IMG/VR virus record: IMGVR_UViG_3300032053_004601
Span: 1-42,231 of that record
Strand: one strand, 5' to 3'
From: a virus
Taxonomy: Duplodnaviria > Caudoviricetes
Length of the DNA stretch: 42,231 bases
In this document: positions 10,101 to 19,229 of the stretch, one piece after another
Layout: each line of letters opens with the position of its first letter
How positions within the stretch are numbered: the first letter of the stretch is position 1
Program-made: the position numbers and the translations under genes
The notes under the pieces: generated by a model
Databases searched by the model: none
Seen by the model: only the letters and a program-made list of their open reading frames with translations
Told to the model about the DNA's origin: nothing

Positions 10101-10483
10101 ACGATATGCCCTTTTATTTCAGTAGTCGAAACATTAGGAGTTCTGGGTAAGTAAACAACTTCACAACATGATTTCAAAAAATCGAACTTTCCGGACCAGT
10201 CATCTCCGATAACAAAAACAGATATCCCCAACCGTAGAATATCATTATATTTTTGCTCCCACTCATATTCCGGTATAACTTCATCAACATAACGAATTGC
10301 TTCCAGTACATTTTTACGGTCCTCGTAAGAAAAATAAGAGAGCTTATTCTTCTCTAGCCTATTGAACTCATCCAAGGATAGCGCAACAGTCAAGTGGTCT
10401 CCGAGTTCTTTAGCTCTTCGCAAAAAGTTTATATGCCCATAATGAAGTATGTCAAAGGTTCCATAAGTTATGACTTTTCGCAT
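10097..10483 (-). CDS. tagD: glycerol-3-phosphate cytidylyltransferase
   Basis: VITYGTFDILHYGHINFL (HxGH), GDDW, YLPRTPNVSTT. Confidence 0.9.
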   Translation of the reverse strand: MRKVITYGTFDILHYGHINFLRRAKELGDHLTVALSLDEFNRLEKNKLSYFSYEDRKNVLEAIRYVDEVIPEYEWEQKYNDILRLGISVFVIGDDWSGKFDFLKSCCEVVYLPRTPNVSTTEIKGHIV

Positions 10484-13275
10484 AACAACTCCTTTGCTTT
10501 GGCTAGAACAACCTCGACTGGTATCCCACTCAGGCAGGGAGGGATTTTCCTATTCTCTTTAGACCTATGGTCTGCTCCGTCAATACATTTGACGCTATAA
10601 TCGCAACCAAGCGTTTTACCATCAATTGGGCATGGAATCTGTACAATTTCCATGGAAGGGAACATTTTCTGGAAGACGCTTCCCCCCCTATACCCAAAAA
10701 TGGCTATTGTAGGCACCCCCAAGGCTCCCCCTGCGTTAGAAAAGGCCGAGTCCAAGGAAATGACCACATCTGCCACAGACATCAATTTAAGGGCTTCTGT
10801 GAAGGAATACTTGTATGTCAGACCTGATTTTTCATCCAGTATTTTAAGGCACACTCCCGGAAGCTCTTTTAGCTTGTTTATCAGAGCCGTCATACCGGGC
10901 CAAGTCTTCAACAGGTTTGTCGTCTCCTTAGCTATGGCGATTTTCCTAATTCCATCTTCTACGCCCCATTCTTTATTTGCCCAATCCGTGGCAGCTTCGT
11001 CCACCTTAATCGTAGGATGAGTTTCGTCCCCGAAAATACTTATGTAATTCAGATAAATCTGGTCTCTGGGAGTTACAATTCTACCGTACTTTTGCATCTC
11101 AATAAGTTCAAACTTATAATCAATGTCAGTACAGTCAATCTTCATATCCGCCTGAAGATTTTCCCAATCGTCCGTCTGAACTGTGTCAATAAATTTGTTA
11201 AAGGCATAGGCTTCTTTGAACGCTTTGGGAACAACATATGTTATTTCGCAGGTAGGGAACTTTTTCTTTACAACCTCAGCGATAACCGACATAAATATAT
11301 GGTCCCCAAGGCCACCCATCCAGCGTCTTATCGCAAGATGAAATGTCCCCTTGGAAATTATAAATTCGCTCATACGGTAAAGACTCGCTCCCGTGTCTAT
11401 TATATTTTTCTTTATCTTTCCCAGTGCCTGACTCTCATGTGGATGGATTCCCCACTTCTCTTGGTACAGCCGGATGTTAGTGACCCAATGGATATCCCTT
11501 GATTTTATTTCTTCCTCATTCGTCTTAATGACTCCACCCAGAACATGATAGAACAAGGCTGCCCCAGTCCTGCAAAACTTCTTCCCCGCCAACCGAATCC
11601 GTAACGTATAGTCGTTATCTTCAATATATCTCGGCTTGAATCTCTCATCAAACATACCCACAACCTCAACGCACTCTCTTGAAAAAAGAGTAGCCGAGTA
11701 CGCACCCGGAGGTATGTCCGTTACGATTTCCATGCTCTTCTGTGGAGTCTGACTATCTATGAACCACGGGGCGCACTGTGCCGTTGTAGCAAATACTCCG
11801 TACACATCATTATTGTTCTCAAGAAAATCTACAAGTTTGTCTATGCAGTCAAACCGGAGAGTGATGTCATTATTTACAAGAAGAAAGTGGTCGTAATCCC
11901 CGGCAAGAAACTTTTTTAGACCTATGTTCTGTGCAGCCGCAACACCCGTTCTCTTAGACTCGTAATCAATCCCCTGCGCTTTCAACCACTCAGGTGTCCC
12001 GTCCGTACTCGCATTATCCACTACGAATACATCGTAGTCGTTCCATGCTCGGATAGAAGTCAGAGCTTTTTTAGTCATCTCCAGAAGGTTGTATGTCAGC
12101 ATGCAAACAAGAACTTTTTTAGGCTTTGTAAGATGCTTTTCTATTAAAGCTATAACATCATCCGCCTTAATATCTTTAAGACAACGAGTATATTCTTTAT
12201 CTGCTTTTTCTTGGTAAGATGAACCGTCTATACAATCAAGAGTCCACCAACACGGACCAATCCCAAGAGGGCAAGACCCTTGAATAAAATCAGCCTTCTC
12301 ATAATCTTCACAATACATCTTACCGTCCGTATGCCCAAACAGAGCAACGGTTCTCTTTTTCAATGCTCCTGCAATATGAAACGCTGCCGAATCCGGAGCT
12401 ACGATTACATCACATTCATTGATAATAGCCGCCATCTCTCTGACGGTAAATTTATATGCCCAATCCTTGTTCGTACAAAACTTGTCTAAAAAATTTATTA
12501 CTGAAATCTTTTCGTCTAGTTGTATGACAGAATACTTATTTTTTATTTTATCTATTAACTCTTGCGTTTGCGGGACCGTCCGTGTTTTGCAACTAGACTC
12601 GGTCTGAAATCCAATAAGGGGTCTTGGTAATTTATTACAGATAGTTTTTGCCCAAGCTTTTTCATCCTCCGTAACAGCCCACACAGGATTTCTATCAAAT
12701 AAGAAAAGACCAAGATTCTCTAAAATAACCTCGTTCCTATTTCTGTATCCATAACGTCTGTCAGCAGCTTTCTCCCTCCATTTCAGCTCCAGACCGTTTA
12801 CATCGAGAACTGAATCAAACATAATCTTAACATCGGTTGGAACTTCGTATAAAACTCCACCCGGTTCTATGTATGGATTATTTTCCCAGACGCTCTTAAA
12901 TTTTTCGTTGGCAGCTACATAAATCTTTACTCTTCCTTCATACACTATTTTATATGCTTTTGGGATAACGGTTATCATCACGCTATCCCCAAGTTTGTCT
13001 ATCTTTGAAGCATCAATAAGAATTGAAATCTTATCTTTTTCACGGAACAATTCTTCTGTCAGTCTATGCGCGTTCCAAAGCTCCGGAGAAACAAAATATG
13101 TTTTTATATCCGCATCACTCAAAAACTGGTCAAACATTTTTTCTCCGGGACGAATGACAATAGGTTCGTGATTCCTATTATAAAATATCTCCGAAGACTT
13201 ACTGCTATTAACCCATAATTTACCTTTTGGCAACCTAAAACCTCCTCCACCCTTTTGAAGCATCATATCTTCCAT
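10468..13275 (-). CDS. multidomain glycosyltransferase GT9-GT2-GT9
   Basis: GT9: KLGD...APDSAAFHIAGAL. GT2: VVDNASTDGT...LVNND...FDERF...EDND. Second GT9: GLGDH...SLDSAFSNAGGALGVP. Confidence 0.88.
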   Translation of the reverse strand: MEDMMLQKGGGGFRLPKGKLWVNSSKSSEIFYNRNHEPIVIRPGEKMFDQFLSDADIKTYFVSPELWNAHRLTEELFREKDKISILIDASKIDKLGDSVMITVIPKAYKIVYEGRVKIYVAANEKFKSVWENNPYIEPGGVLYEVPTDVKIMFDSVLDVNGLELKWREKAADRRYGYRNRNEVILENLGLFLFDRNPVWAVTEDEKAWAKTICNKLPRPLIGFQTESSCKTRTVPQTQELIDKIKNKYSVIQLDEKISVINFLDKFCTNKDWAYKFTVREMAAIINECDVIVAPDSAAFHIAGALKKRTVALFGHTDGKMYCEDYEKADFIQGSCPLGIGPCWWTLDCIDGSSYQEKADKEYTRCLKDIKADDVIALIEKHLTKPKKVLVCMLTYNLLEMTKKALTSIRAWNDYDVFVVDNASTDGTPEWLKAQGIDYESKRTGVAAAQNIGLKKFLAGDYDHFLLVNNDITLRFDCIDKLVDFLENNNDVYGVFATTAQCAPWFIDSQTPQKSMEIVTDIPPGAYSATLFSRECVEVVGMFDERFKPRYIEDNDYTLRIRLAGKKFCRTGAALFYHVLGGVIKTNEEEIKSRDIHWVTNIRLYQEKWGIHPHESQALGKIKKNIIDTGASLYRMSEFIISKGTFHLAIRRWMGGLGDHIFMSVIAEVVKKKFPTCEITYVVPKAFKEAYAFNKFIDTVQTDDWENLQADMKIDCTDIDYKFELIEMQKYGRIVTPRDQIYLNYISIFGDETHPTIKVDEAATDWANKEWGVEDGIRKIAIAKETTNLLKTWPGMTALINKLKELPGVCLKILDEKSGLTYKYSFTEALKLMSVADVVISLDSAFSNAGGALGVPTIAIFGYRGGSVFQKMFPSMEIVQIPCPIDGKTLGCDYSVKCIDGADHRSKENRKIPPCLSGIPVEVVLAKAKELLCEKS

Positions 13276-14231
13276 CTGACTCTCTCTACAGCCGCCTCAA
13301 TCTCTTGCCACACTTTTTCTTTATCAGCATACATACACTTATACTTGCTTCCACAAGCTTCCATCTTTTCAAAGCACGGAACACACCCAATAAGTTTACT
13401 AAGACTTACCTCTGTCGCACCTTCCGGCCTTAAAGGATGTTTAGATATTCTCTCAGACCCTCTGGACGGACCCGACAAAAAAACTACAGGGGTACGGGTA
13501 AAGTGAGCCATCCACAAAGCGGCAGAATCAACCGTTATCAGAACAAGCGCGTCCCGGAGTAGCTTAACCGTTTCGTCTGGTGGGATTTTCCTATTTTCTC
13601 CCATGACATAAACAGGAGCTATCTTCTCTAGCCGGGGTACAAGATAGTCAACAGTCTCCTTTGGTATAGTCTTCAAAGGCTTAGAACCACTATGACAAAA
13701 CACTATCCCGCCCGTCCCAACTGTCGGTTGCTCCAGAGACCAGACAGGCTCCTGCTTCTGGTCATACCCAAAAAACTCCCTGAATATGTCTACCCTGTGC
13801 ATAGAGTGATATTTTTCAAGATAAAGGTCTCTCTCAACAAGGTTGTCAAGGTAGAAAGAGACATCATATTTTCTAGGAGTCCTTGTATCAGACATAAACG
13901 AAGAAAAAATACCCTCGTTAAAAATTTCTATAAATCGAAATCCTCTAGCGGGGTCTTTGTTCGTTATCAGGTGTATCTTTACATCTGGATGTTTTTCTTT
14001 GAACTCGCGGGCCACGGGGAGGAACATAAGGACATCCCCAAGCGCGTACCTGCGTATAAAGGCTACGTCACAAACCCCTTTCATAACCTCTGTATATGTT
14101 TCTATTTTTCTGAGTGTTTTTGATAAAGGGATTCTATCGTAGGGTAAATCAAAAGCGGTGCGGGGAGGGATTACAATAGGGTCGTTGAGCCTGTCGTAGA
14201 ATATCTCAAGTCCACCCGCATTGTAAACCAA
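13263..14231 (-). CDS. GT9-family (heptosyltransferase-like) glycosyltransferase
   Basis: RYALGDVL, TVDSAALWMAH, C-terminal CVPC...C...C; TTG start after GGAGGT. Confidence 0.85.
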   Translation of the reverse strand: MVYNAGGLEIFYDRLNDPIVIPPRTAFDLPYDRIPLSKTLRKIETYTEVMKGVCDVAFIRRYALGDVLMFLPVAREFKEKHPDVKIHLITNKDPARGFRFIEIFNEGIFSSFMSDTRTPRKYDVSFYLDNLVERDLYLEKYHSMHRVDIFREFFGYDQKQEPVWSLEQPTVGTGGIVFCHSGSKPLKTIPKETVDYLVPRLEKIAPVYVMGENRKIPPDETVKLLRDALVLITVDSAALWMAHFTRTPVVFLSGPSRGSERISKHPLRPEGATEVSLSKLIGCVPCFEKMEACGSKYKCMYADKEKVWQEIEAAVERVRWKI

Positions 14232-14254
14232 TTACCACCTCCCCGTACCGTATA

Positions 14255-14298
14255 TACAAAATGAACGGGGGGGAAGGGGGAATTCTTCCCCCCCGTTC
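14255..14298 (-). terminator. intrinsic terminator-like hairpin after major capsid gene
   Basis: Perfect 14-bp inverted repeat GAACGGGGGGGAAG/CTTCCCCCCCGTTC (14263-14298) followed on the minus strand by ATTTTGT. Confidence 0.75.
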
Positions 14299-14331
14299 TG
14301 AACAAACGTCCCTCAGTTAATTATTAGACTA

Positions 14332-15534
14332 TTAACTTTGTGTGAGGGTAACGGTTGCCAGTCCGTCCTTGATAAGCGTACCATACGCGAATCGAGTCAT
14401 CAGACCCTTTCTAGGCGTGAAGTCGTTGGTATCCACAATCTTCGGAGTCACATAGAGAGGAATGTAGGGTGAGTAGAAACCAACAGAGTCTGTCCAAGTA
14501 TTTCCCTTATATCCCATGAGGAGCTTGTTCGTGACAGGGAAGAACGGGTCTTTGTAAACCCGGTATCTGTCATTGAGCGTCCCCGAGAGATGCCGACCAA
14601 TTGCAAATTCAGAAGGGTCGTTGGCAGGCGAGAACCGGAACTCTTCAAGCTTCTCAAGACGCACGATGGTATCGGGATGTCCGATAATCCAATTGGCGTA
14701 GCGATATCTCTTCTTGTAAATGAGGTTCGATGCATCCACAACGGCTTCGTAAAGAGTCCGCTTGTAATCCTTCAGGAAAGTCGTGGAAGTATCGCCAGCC
14801 AGCTGACCGTTGATATTCCAGTTGACGTTTCCTGCGCCCGTGCCTGTTCCGTACCCAGAGCCGCCCGCTCCCGCGAGGAGAGCAGTGATAATAAGACCGT
14901 CAATTTCACGGACAATCTGTTCCTGCAGCACGGTCATGAGTTCAGTTTCGGCATTAAGACCATGGTAAGCCATGAGGTCTTGCTCCAACTCCACCGTCCA
15001 GATAGCCTTGAGCTTCTTTTCGATAGCCGTGACGGTCTCGTTGGTGATTTTCAGGTCGAGTTCCTGCACCGTCCCACTCTCAGTCGTAGTAGCATAATTG
15101 GGAGACCGGACTTCGGCTACGCTGTCATCAGCAGTAGCTTGGTCAAAGGTGTTGTGATACTGGAAGTCGAGATAAAAAATCTTAGCCGTAGGCTGTGCAA
15201 TCGGCTGAATGGAAACAAGGTCCATAGCCAAAAGCTTACTAAAGATTTTCCTAACGAGAGGCATGGCGATGGTCGTAAAGGTAAAGGACTGACCGGACGG
15301 AGTTGTCGTAGTCGTATCCTCCAACAGGTGCTTGGCCTGCTGCCTCAGGACTTTGGATATAATCCAGTCCTTGGATGAGGGGTCATTCGCCATTTTGAAC
15401 TTGTCAAAATCTTCCGTCAGGGCCGCGTAAGAGTTTGACAGAAACTTAACCGGGTCTTCAACCAACATCTTCACTTCCGGAGCGGCCTGCTGCCGGAGGT
15501 CGTACTGAGACTTCAGGTCTTCATAAATTTCCAT
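14332..15534 (-). CDS. major capsid protein, T4 gp23-like
   Basis: TVTAIEKKLKAIWTVELEQDLMAYHGLNAETEL, YSPYIPL and FTPRKGLMTRFA are gp23-family hallmarks. Confidence 0.93.
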   Translation of the reverse strand: MEIYEDLKSQYDLRQQAAPEVKMLVEDPVKFLSNSYAALTEDFDKFKMANDPSSKDWIISKVLRQQAKHLLEDTTTTTPSGQSFTFTTIAMPLVRKIFSKLLAMDLVSIQPIAQPTAKIFYLDFQYHNTFDQATADDSVAEVRSPNYATTTESGTVQELDLKITNETVTAIEKKLKAIWTVELEQDLMAYHGLNAETELMTVLQEQIVREIDGLIITALLAGAGGSGYGTGTGAGNVNWNINGQLAGDTSTTFLKDYKRTLYEAVVDASNLIYKKRYRYANWIIGHPDTIVRLEKLEEFRFSPANDPSEFAIGRHLSGTLNDRYRVYKDPFFPVTNKLLMGYKGNTWTDSVGFYSPYIPLYVTPKIVDTNDFTPRKGLMTRFAYGTLIKDGLATVTLTQS

Positions 15535-16247
15535 TACTTATCCTCCTTCTTAATTTTCATACCACCAAAGGACTGCATCTTCCTCTTAAAGTCCTCCGCA
15601 ATCGGGTCATTCCCGTCATTGGAAGGTTTAACCACCCCTTTGCCCTTGTCTTCAAGGATTTTAGATTCCTCACTGGCAAGGACTTTGGCGAAATCTTCGT
15701 CTTCTTTCAGATACTTAGCCACATCTTCCGGAGTCTTGATAATACCCGAATCCAGTTTCTCGACCAGACGGGTCTTAACCAAAGCTCCAAACTTCAACCC
15801 CTGCACACCTTCGTCAATAGAATTACGAAGTTCCTGCTTGAGCTTTTCCTCGGCAACCTTGGCTGCCTGTTCCTTCTGAGCATCCAAAACGGCTGTCTGG
15901 TCAGTGATTGTTTTCTCTAAAAGAGTGACCTTGTCAATCAGAGCCTGCCGTTCCTCGTCCGCCACCTTTGCCGCCTTGGGATTTTCCTTAACGATGTACT
16001 CTTCAAGATATCCGCTAGAGCTAAGGATATCAACAATTCCCTCAAGGACAGAAAGGTGCTTTTCCATCTCCTTGTCCTTCGTGTTCAGCTCGGCTTCCAA
16101 CTGAGAGACACGCCCAAGGTTCTCCTTGAGTTTAGCATCCGCCTCTGTAACCTTAGGCTCAAATTCTTTGGAGAACTCAGCCTTCAGTTCGTCTATAATC
16201 TGAGGATGCTTTTCTTTCAGCAAAGCCAGAGTTAGTTCTTCAGACAT
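15534..16247 (-). CDS. putative nested scaffold protein (internal in-frame start)
   Basis: AGGAGG at 16258-16253, then 5 nt, then ATG at 16247 at the protease/coiled-coil boundary. Confidence 0.6.
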   Translation of the reverse strand: MSEELTLALLKEKHPQIIDELKAEFSKEFEPKVTEADAKLKENLGRVSQLEAELNTKDKEMEKHLSVLEGIVDILSSSGYLEEYIVKENPKAAKVADEERQALIDKVTLLEKTITDQTAVLDAQKEQAAKVAEEKLKQELRNSIDEGVQGLKFGALVKTRLVEKLDSGIIKTPEDVAKYLKEDEDFAKVLASEESKILEDKGKGVVKPSNDGNDPIAEDFKRKMQSFGGMKIKKEDK

Positions 16248-16817
16248 TGCTTCCTCCTGTATGACTTTTTCATTTGCGTCCGCCTGTTCTATGATTTTGT
16301 GAATCTGAGCGGACTGAACAGACGGGTCAATCACAAAATCAACACTCTCCAACTTATAACCCTTTTCAATCTCCTCCAATTCCTCTCCGTTGACAGTAAC
16401 TTTCTTACTGTTACCAGCCCCACGCGAGGAAAATCCCGGCCTTCCACCAGCTCTCAAAATTTCCTTCAAAACAAGACCTGCCGGGGTATTAAGAATAAGA
16501 CATTCACCAAGAATACGGCTAGGTTGAAACTCGTCCCACCAGAGCTTTGTGACCATATGGGACGTTTCCTTCAGTCTCCCTCGCACCTCAGGATGGTCAA
16601 CCTCTCCGAATACACGGTTTTCTTGAAGACGGTCTTTCAGACCAGCAAGTGCTTCCTCAAGGACTTCCTTCTTGTAGATTCTTTTGTTCCGATTGGGAAT
16701 GTCGGCTTCCTGTACAACACCAGTAACCTTCATTCTTTTTTCGGTCTGTCCCTCGACAGCGTCCTCTACAATCCTGAGGTTGCTCCAAGTTGTTTCAACT
16801 AAAAGTTTTTCGGGCAT
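15534..16817 (-). CDS. prohead protease (T4 gp21-like) fused to scaffold/core domain
   Basis: NRNKRIY, FGEVDHP, GFSSRGAG, DFVIDPS, then an acidic coiled coil; probable start MPEKLL at 16817. Confidence 0.9.
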   Translation of the reverse strand: MPEKLLVETTWSNLRIVEDAVEGQTEKRMKVTGVVQEADIPNRNKRIYKKEVLEEALAGLKDRLQENRVFGEVDHPEVRGRLKETSHMVTKLWWDEFQPSRILGECLILNTPAGLVLKEILRAGGRPGFSSRGAGNSKKVTVNGEELEEIEKGYKLESVDFVIDPSVQSAQIHKIIEQADANEKVIQEEAMSEELTLALLKEKHPQIIDELKAEFSKEFEPKVTEADAKLKENLGRVSQLEAELNTKDKEMEKHLSVLEGIVDILSSSGYLEEYIVKENPKAAKVADEERQALIDKVTLLEKTITDQTAVLDAQKEQAAKVAEEKLKQELRNSIDEGVQGLKFGALVKTRLVEKLDSGIIKTPEDVAKYLKEDEDFAKVLASEESKILEDKGKGVVKPSNDGNDPIAEDFKRKMQSFGGMKIKKEDK

Positions 16818-16834
16818 TCTATGCTCCATGTATG

Positions 16835-16866
16835 ACTTTATCCATAGTTTGTAACATGTCAAGTAT
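16835..16866 (-). promoter_or_regulatory. putative promoter upstream of protease/capsid
   Basis: TTGACA-N16-TAAAGT; context resembles the portal-upstream sequence. Confidence 0.4.
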
Positions 16867-16877
16867 TGTTAATTTTG

Positions 16878-17588
16878 TCATTTACCACTTCCACTGATAG
16901 ATTGCAAAACAATAACTAAAAGAACACCAATCCCAAACCCCTCTGCCCTCTTTTTCCATTTGGACTTTTGGTATTCTCTTTTCCACTTATTCATAGCTGT
17001 CTCGGCAGAGTCTTTTGCAAATTCACATTTAACCAACTCTTCGCCCCTAAGTTGTAATGCTTCCTGCAACTTACCAACACTACCAGAACATAGAGTAAAT
17101 TTGTCTACCAACTCTTTAGTCACAGATATCTGGTCCCCAAGTGATTTTCCTAATGCTTCCTCAGACAGAAAGATATTAAGGGTGGACTCAGCTCCGGAAC
17201 GAGTGAAGTCGTATGTTTGTAGGCCAGTCAGACGAACTTCTGTCCCAACCCTACTTGAAATCTTTGTAACAAGTTCATTAGGAGAGAGGGTTTTAGTTTT
17301 GGACTTCTCGTTAGCGAGGGCTTTTTCTGTTTGTATCTGTTTTTCTTCAAGTTCTTTTATCCTTTCGTCCCGCAGAAGTATAAGCTGGTTTGTGTTATTT
17401 ATCTGCAGAAGAAAATCAGAAATCTTAGCCTCGGCTTGAAGCTTGAACGATTTATATTCAGAATCAATATCTTTGAACAACTCCTCAGCGGCAGCAGCCT
17501 TTTTTTCAGACTGCAGCTTTGAATCATATAGATACAAACATCCGGCTATCAAGAGAACAATAACAACGCACAACACAAAGGTTTTCAT
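16878..17588 (-). CDS. spanin-like coiled-coil membrane protein
   Basis: N-terminal signal with IAGC lipobox-like motif (Cys17), long coiled coil, C-terminal TM; next to holin-like gene. Confidence 0.5.
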   Translation of the reverse strand: MKTFVLCVVIVLLIAGCLYLYDSKLQSEKKAAAAEELFKDIDSEYKSFKLQAEAKISDFLLQINNTNQLILLRDERIKELEEKQIQTEKALANEKSKTKTLSPNELVTKISSRVGTEVRLTGLQTYDFTRSGAESTLNIFLSEEALGKSLGDQISVTKELVDKFTLCSGSVGKLQEALQLRGEELVKCEFAKDSAETAMNKWKREYQKSKWKKRAEGFGIGVLLVIVLQSISGSGK

Positions 17589-17631
17589 GCTAGACTCCTA
17601 AAACCCCCTCTCCACCTCGGTTCTAATACCC

Positions 17632-17922
17632 TTACTTGACTGTCGTCTTCGGATGCCAAACGTCGTACAGACCACTGGCAACAAACCAGACGGAAACAGC
17701 GTACAAAAAGAATGCGCTCAGGGTGAATTGCTTGGTGAAAAGCAAGTAACCGCCCGTAAACGCACCCGATACAAGCATAGAAATAACGTAGCCAAGAATC
17801 TTCTTGGTCGCGTCACTCGCGCCCGTAAAGAGTTTCTTAATGTACTCCGTCACACCCTGAACACTCAGGATGCCCCCAACTCCCGCAAGAATAAGCTGCG
17901 TGATAATCGGGTCATAAATCAT
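17632..17922 (-). CDS. holin-like protein
   Basis: 96 aa, three hydrophobic segments, TEYIK and ASGLYD motifs. Confidence 0.65.
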   Translation of the reverse strand: MIYDPIITQLILAGVGGILSVQGVTEYIKKLFTGASDATKKILGYVISMLVSGAFTGGYLLFTKQFTLSAFFLYAVSVWFVASGLYDVWHPKTTVK

Positions 17923-18194
17923 GATGTACCTCCTATTTGGTATGGTAAAGTAGCGTAAACCCTTCTCCCATCCAAGATTTGGGGAAGAGCATCAAAGAAC
18001 TCTTTTGGATTAGCCGTACTGTAAGACTTTCTCTGGTATACAATTCCGTCATCCAATATTTCTTTAGCAAACCCGTTAGTATCTTTCAAAATAATAATAT
18101 TGGTCCCATCAAATCCAAACGTAGCTATGATATCAACATCATCATCGTCTCTGTGTGGAAAGACAACATCAATTCCAAGCATCTTTAACCTCAT
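17919..18194 (-). CDS. small protein downstream of kinase 2, candidate immunity protein
   Basis: ATGA-coupled to the kinase; resembles 19230..19523. Confidence 0.5.
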   Translation of the reverse strand: MRLKMLGIDVVFPHRDDDDVDIIATFGFDGTNIIILKDTNGFAKEILDDGIVYQRKSYSTANPKEFFDALPQILDGRRVYATLPYQIGGTS

Positions 18195-19228
18195 TCATAC
18201 TTCATAACAAATTTATTATTGCTTTTGTCGATTATTTCTCTAGCCTTCGTATCCCAAAGTCCGGGGTTTCCGGGAAATTTATCCATGGTATTTAAAATCT
18301 TTGCTCTGGTAAAAGAGTTTTCCACATGTCGTATAAGTTCTGGAGGAGACCCTATTTTTTGAGCCATAGCCATGATATCTTTCTCTCTACTGACATACCT
18401 TTCAAGCGCGGCATGAATTTTTGGAGAGATAGGTTGGTTTCCAGATTTACTTTCCGCATGCGTCATATAGTAAAAATCATGAGAAAACGAAAGATTATTA
18501 TCTATGGCAATTACTTTTTTAGTAGACTCGTTTATCAAATAGTTATTCATATGTCTATCACTATTCGCTATAACTATATCCAACGCCATCATTTCGTCCC
18601 ATGACTCTTGCTCAGCCCCGTTCTTACCTGTTTGTACCATACCTACCGGAGTCCCCTTCTCATCCCATCTCTGCCAAGAACCGATACCAAAGTGGTTCTC
18701 CTGAATACGATTTAGTTCATCATCTCCTTCTCCAGCTTGCACAGCTTCAATCCCGGCCTGATATCCCATCTTTATTTCTTCAATGGTCGGACCCTCTCTT
18801 ATTATCGTCTCCGGAACGATATCAAACCCCATTGCTCTGCTTATAGCATAACTCAAAGCATCGCGCATCATGGATGACCCTTTATCCCCACCACCTAACG
18901 CATGCTCTTCCGGTTTATAGGCATAGGTTCTTTCTTCCCCATCCGGACCCCTAAGAACCGTCTTCCACGTTTTGCTAATGCCCTGTTTTCCATTCAGTTT
19001 AATATTGATAATATTACCGTTTAAAATAAAGTCTGCTTTGGCTTGGTCCACAAGAGGTCTAGTTCCTAAAATATCTTTGGGAATCTTTAAACTATTGGCT
19101 ATTCTTCCCTTATCATTACCCCTAGCAGAATTAGGCGGCCTTCCAGAGCCGGGACCACCATTTTTACCCGGAGGACCACCCTCAATGAATCTCTTAGAGA
19201 ATTCTTGAACTACCCTGTAATATCCCAT
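18191..19228 (-). CDS. PI3/4-kinase/HipA-like kinase 2 with FIE|GG leader
   Basis: YKP, GFDIVPET, GSWQRW, DIVIANSDRHMNNYL, AIDNNLSF. Confidence 0.8.
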   Translation of the reverse strand: MGYYRVVQEFSKRFIEGGPPGKNGGPGSGRPPNSARGNDKGRIANSLKIPKDILGTRPLVDQAKADFILNGNIINIKLNGKQGISKTWKTVLRGPDGEERTYAYKPEEHALGGGDKGSSMMRDALSYAISRAMGFDIVPETIIREGPTIEEIKMGYQAGIEAVQAGEGDDELNRIQENHFGIGSWQRWDEKGTPVGMVQTGKNGAEQESWDEMMALDIVIANSDRHMNNYLINESTKKVIAIDNNLSFSHDFYYMTHAESKSGNQPISPKIHAALERYVSREKDIMAMAQKIGSPPELIRHVENSFTRAKILNTMDKFPGNPGLWDTKAREIIDKSNNKFVMKYE

Positions 19229-19229
19229 C

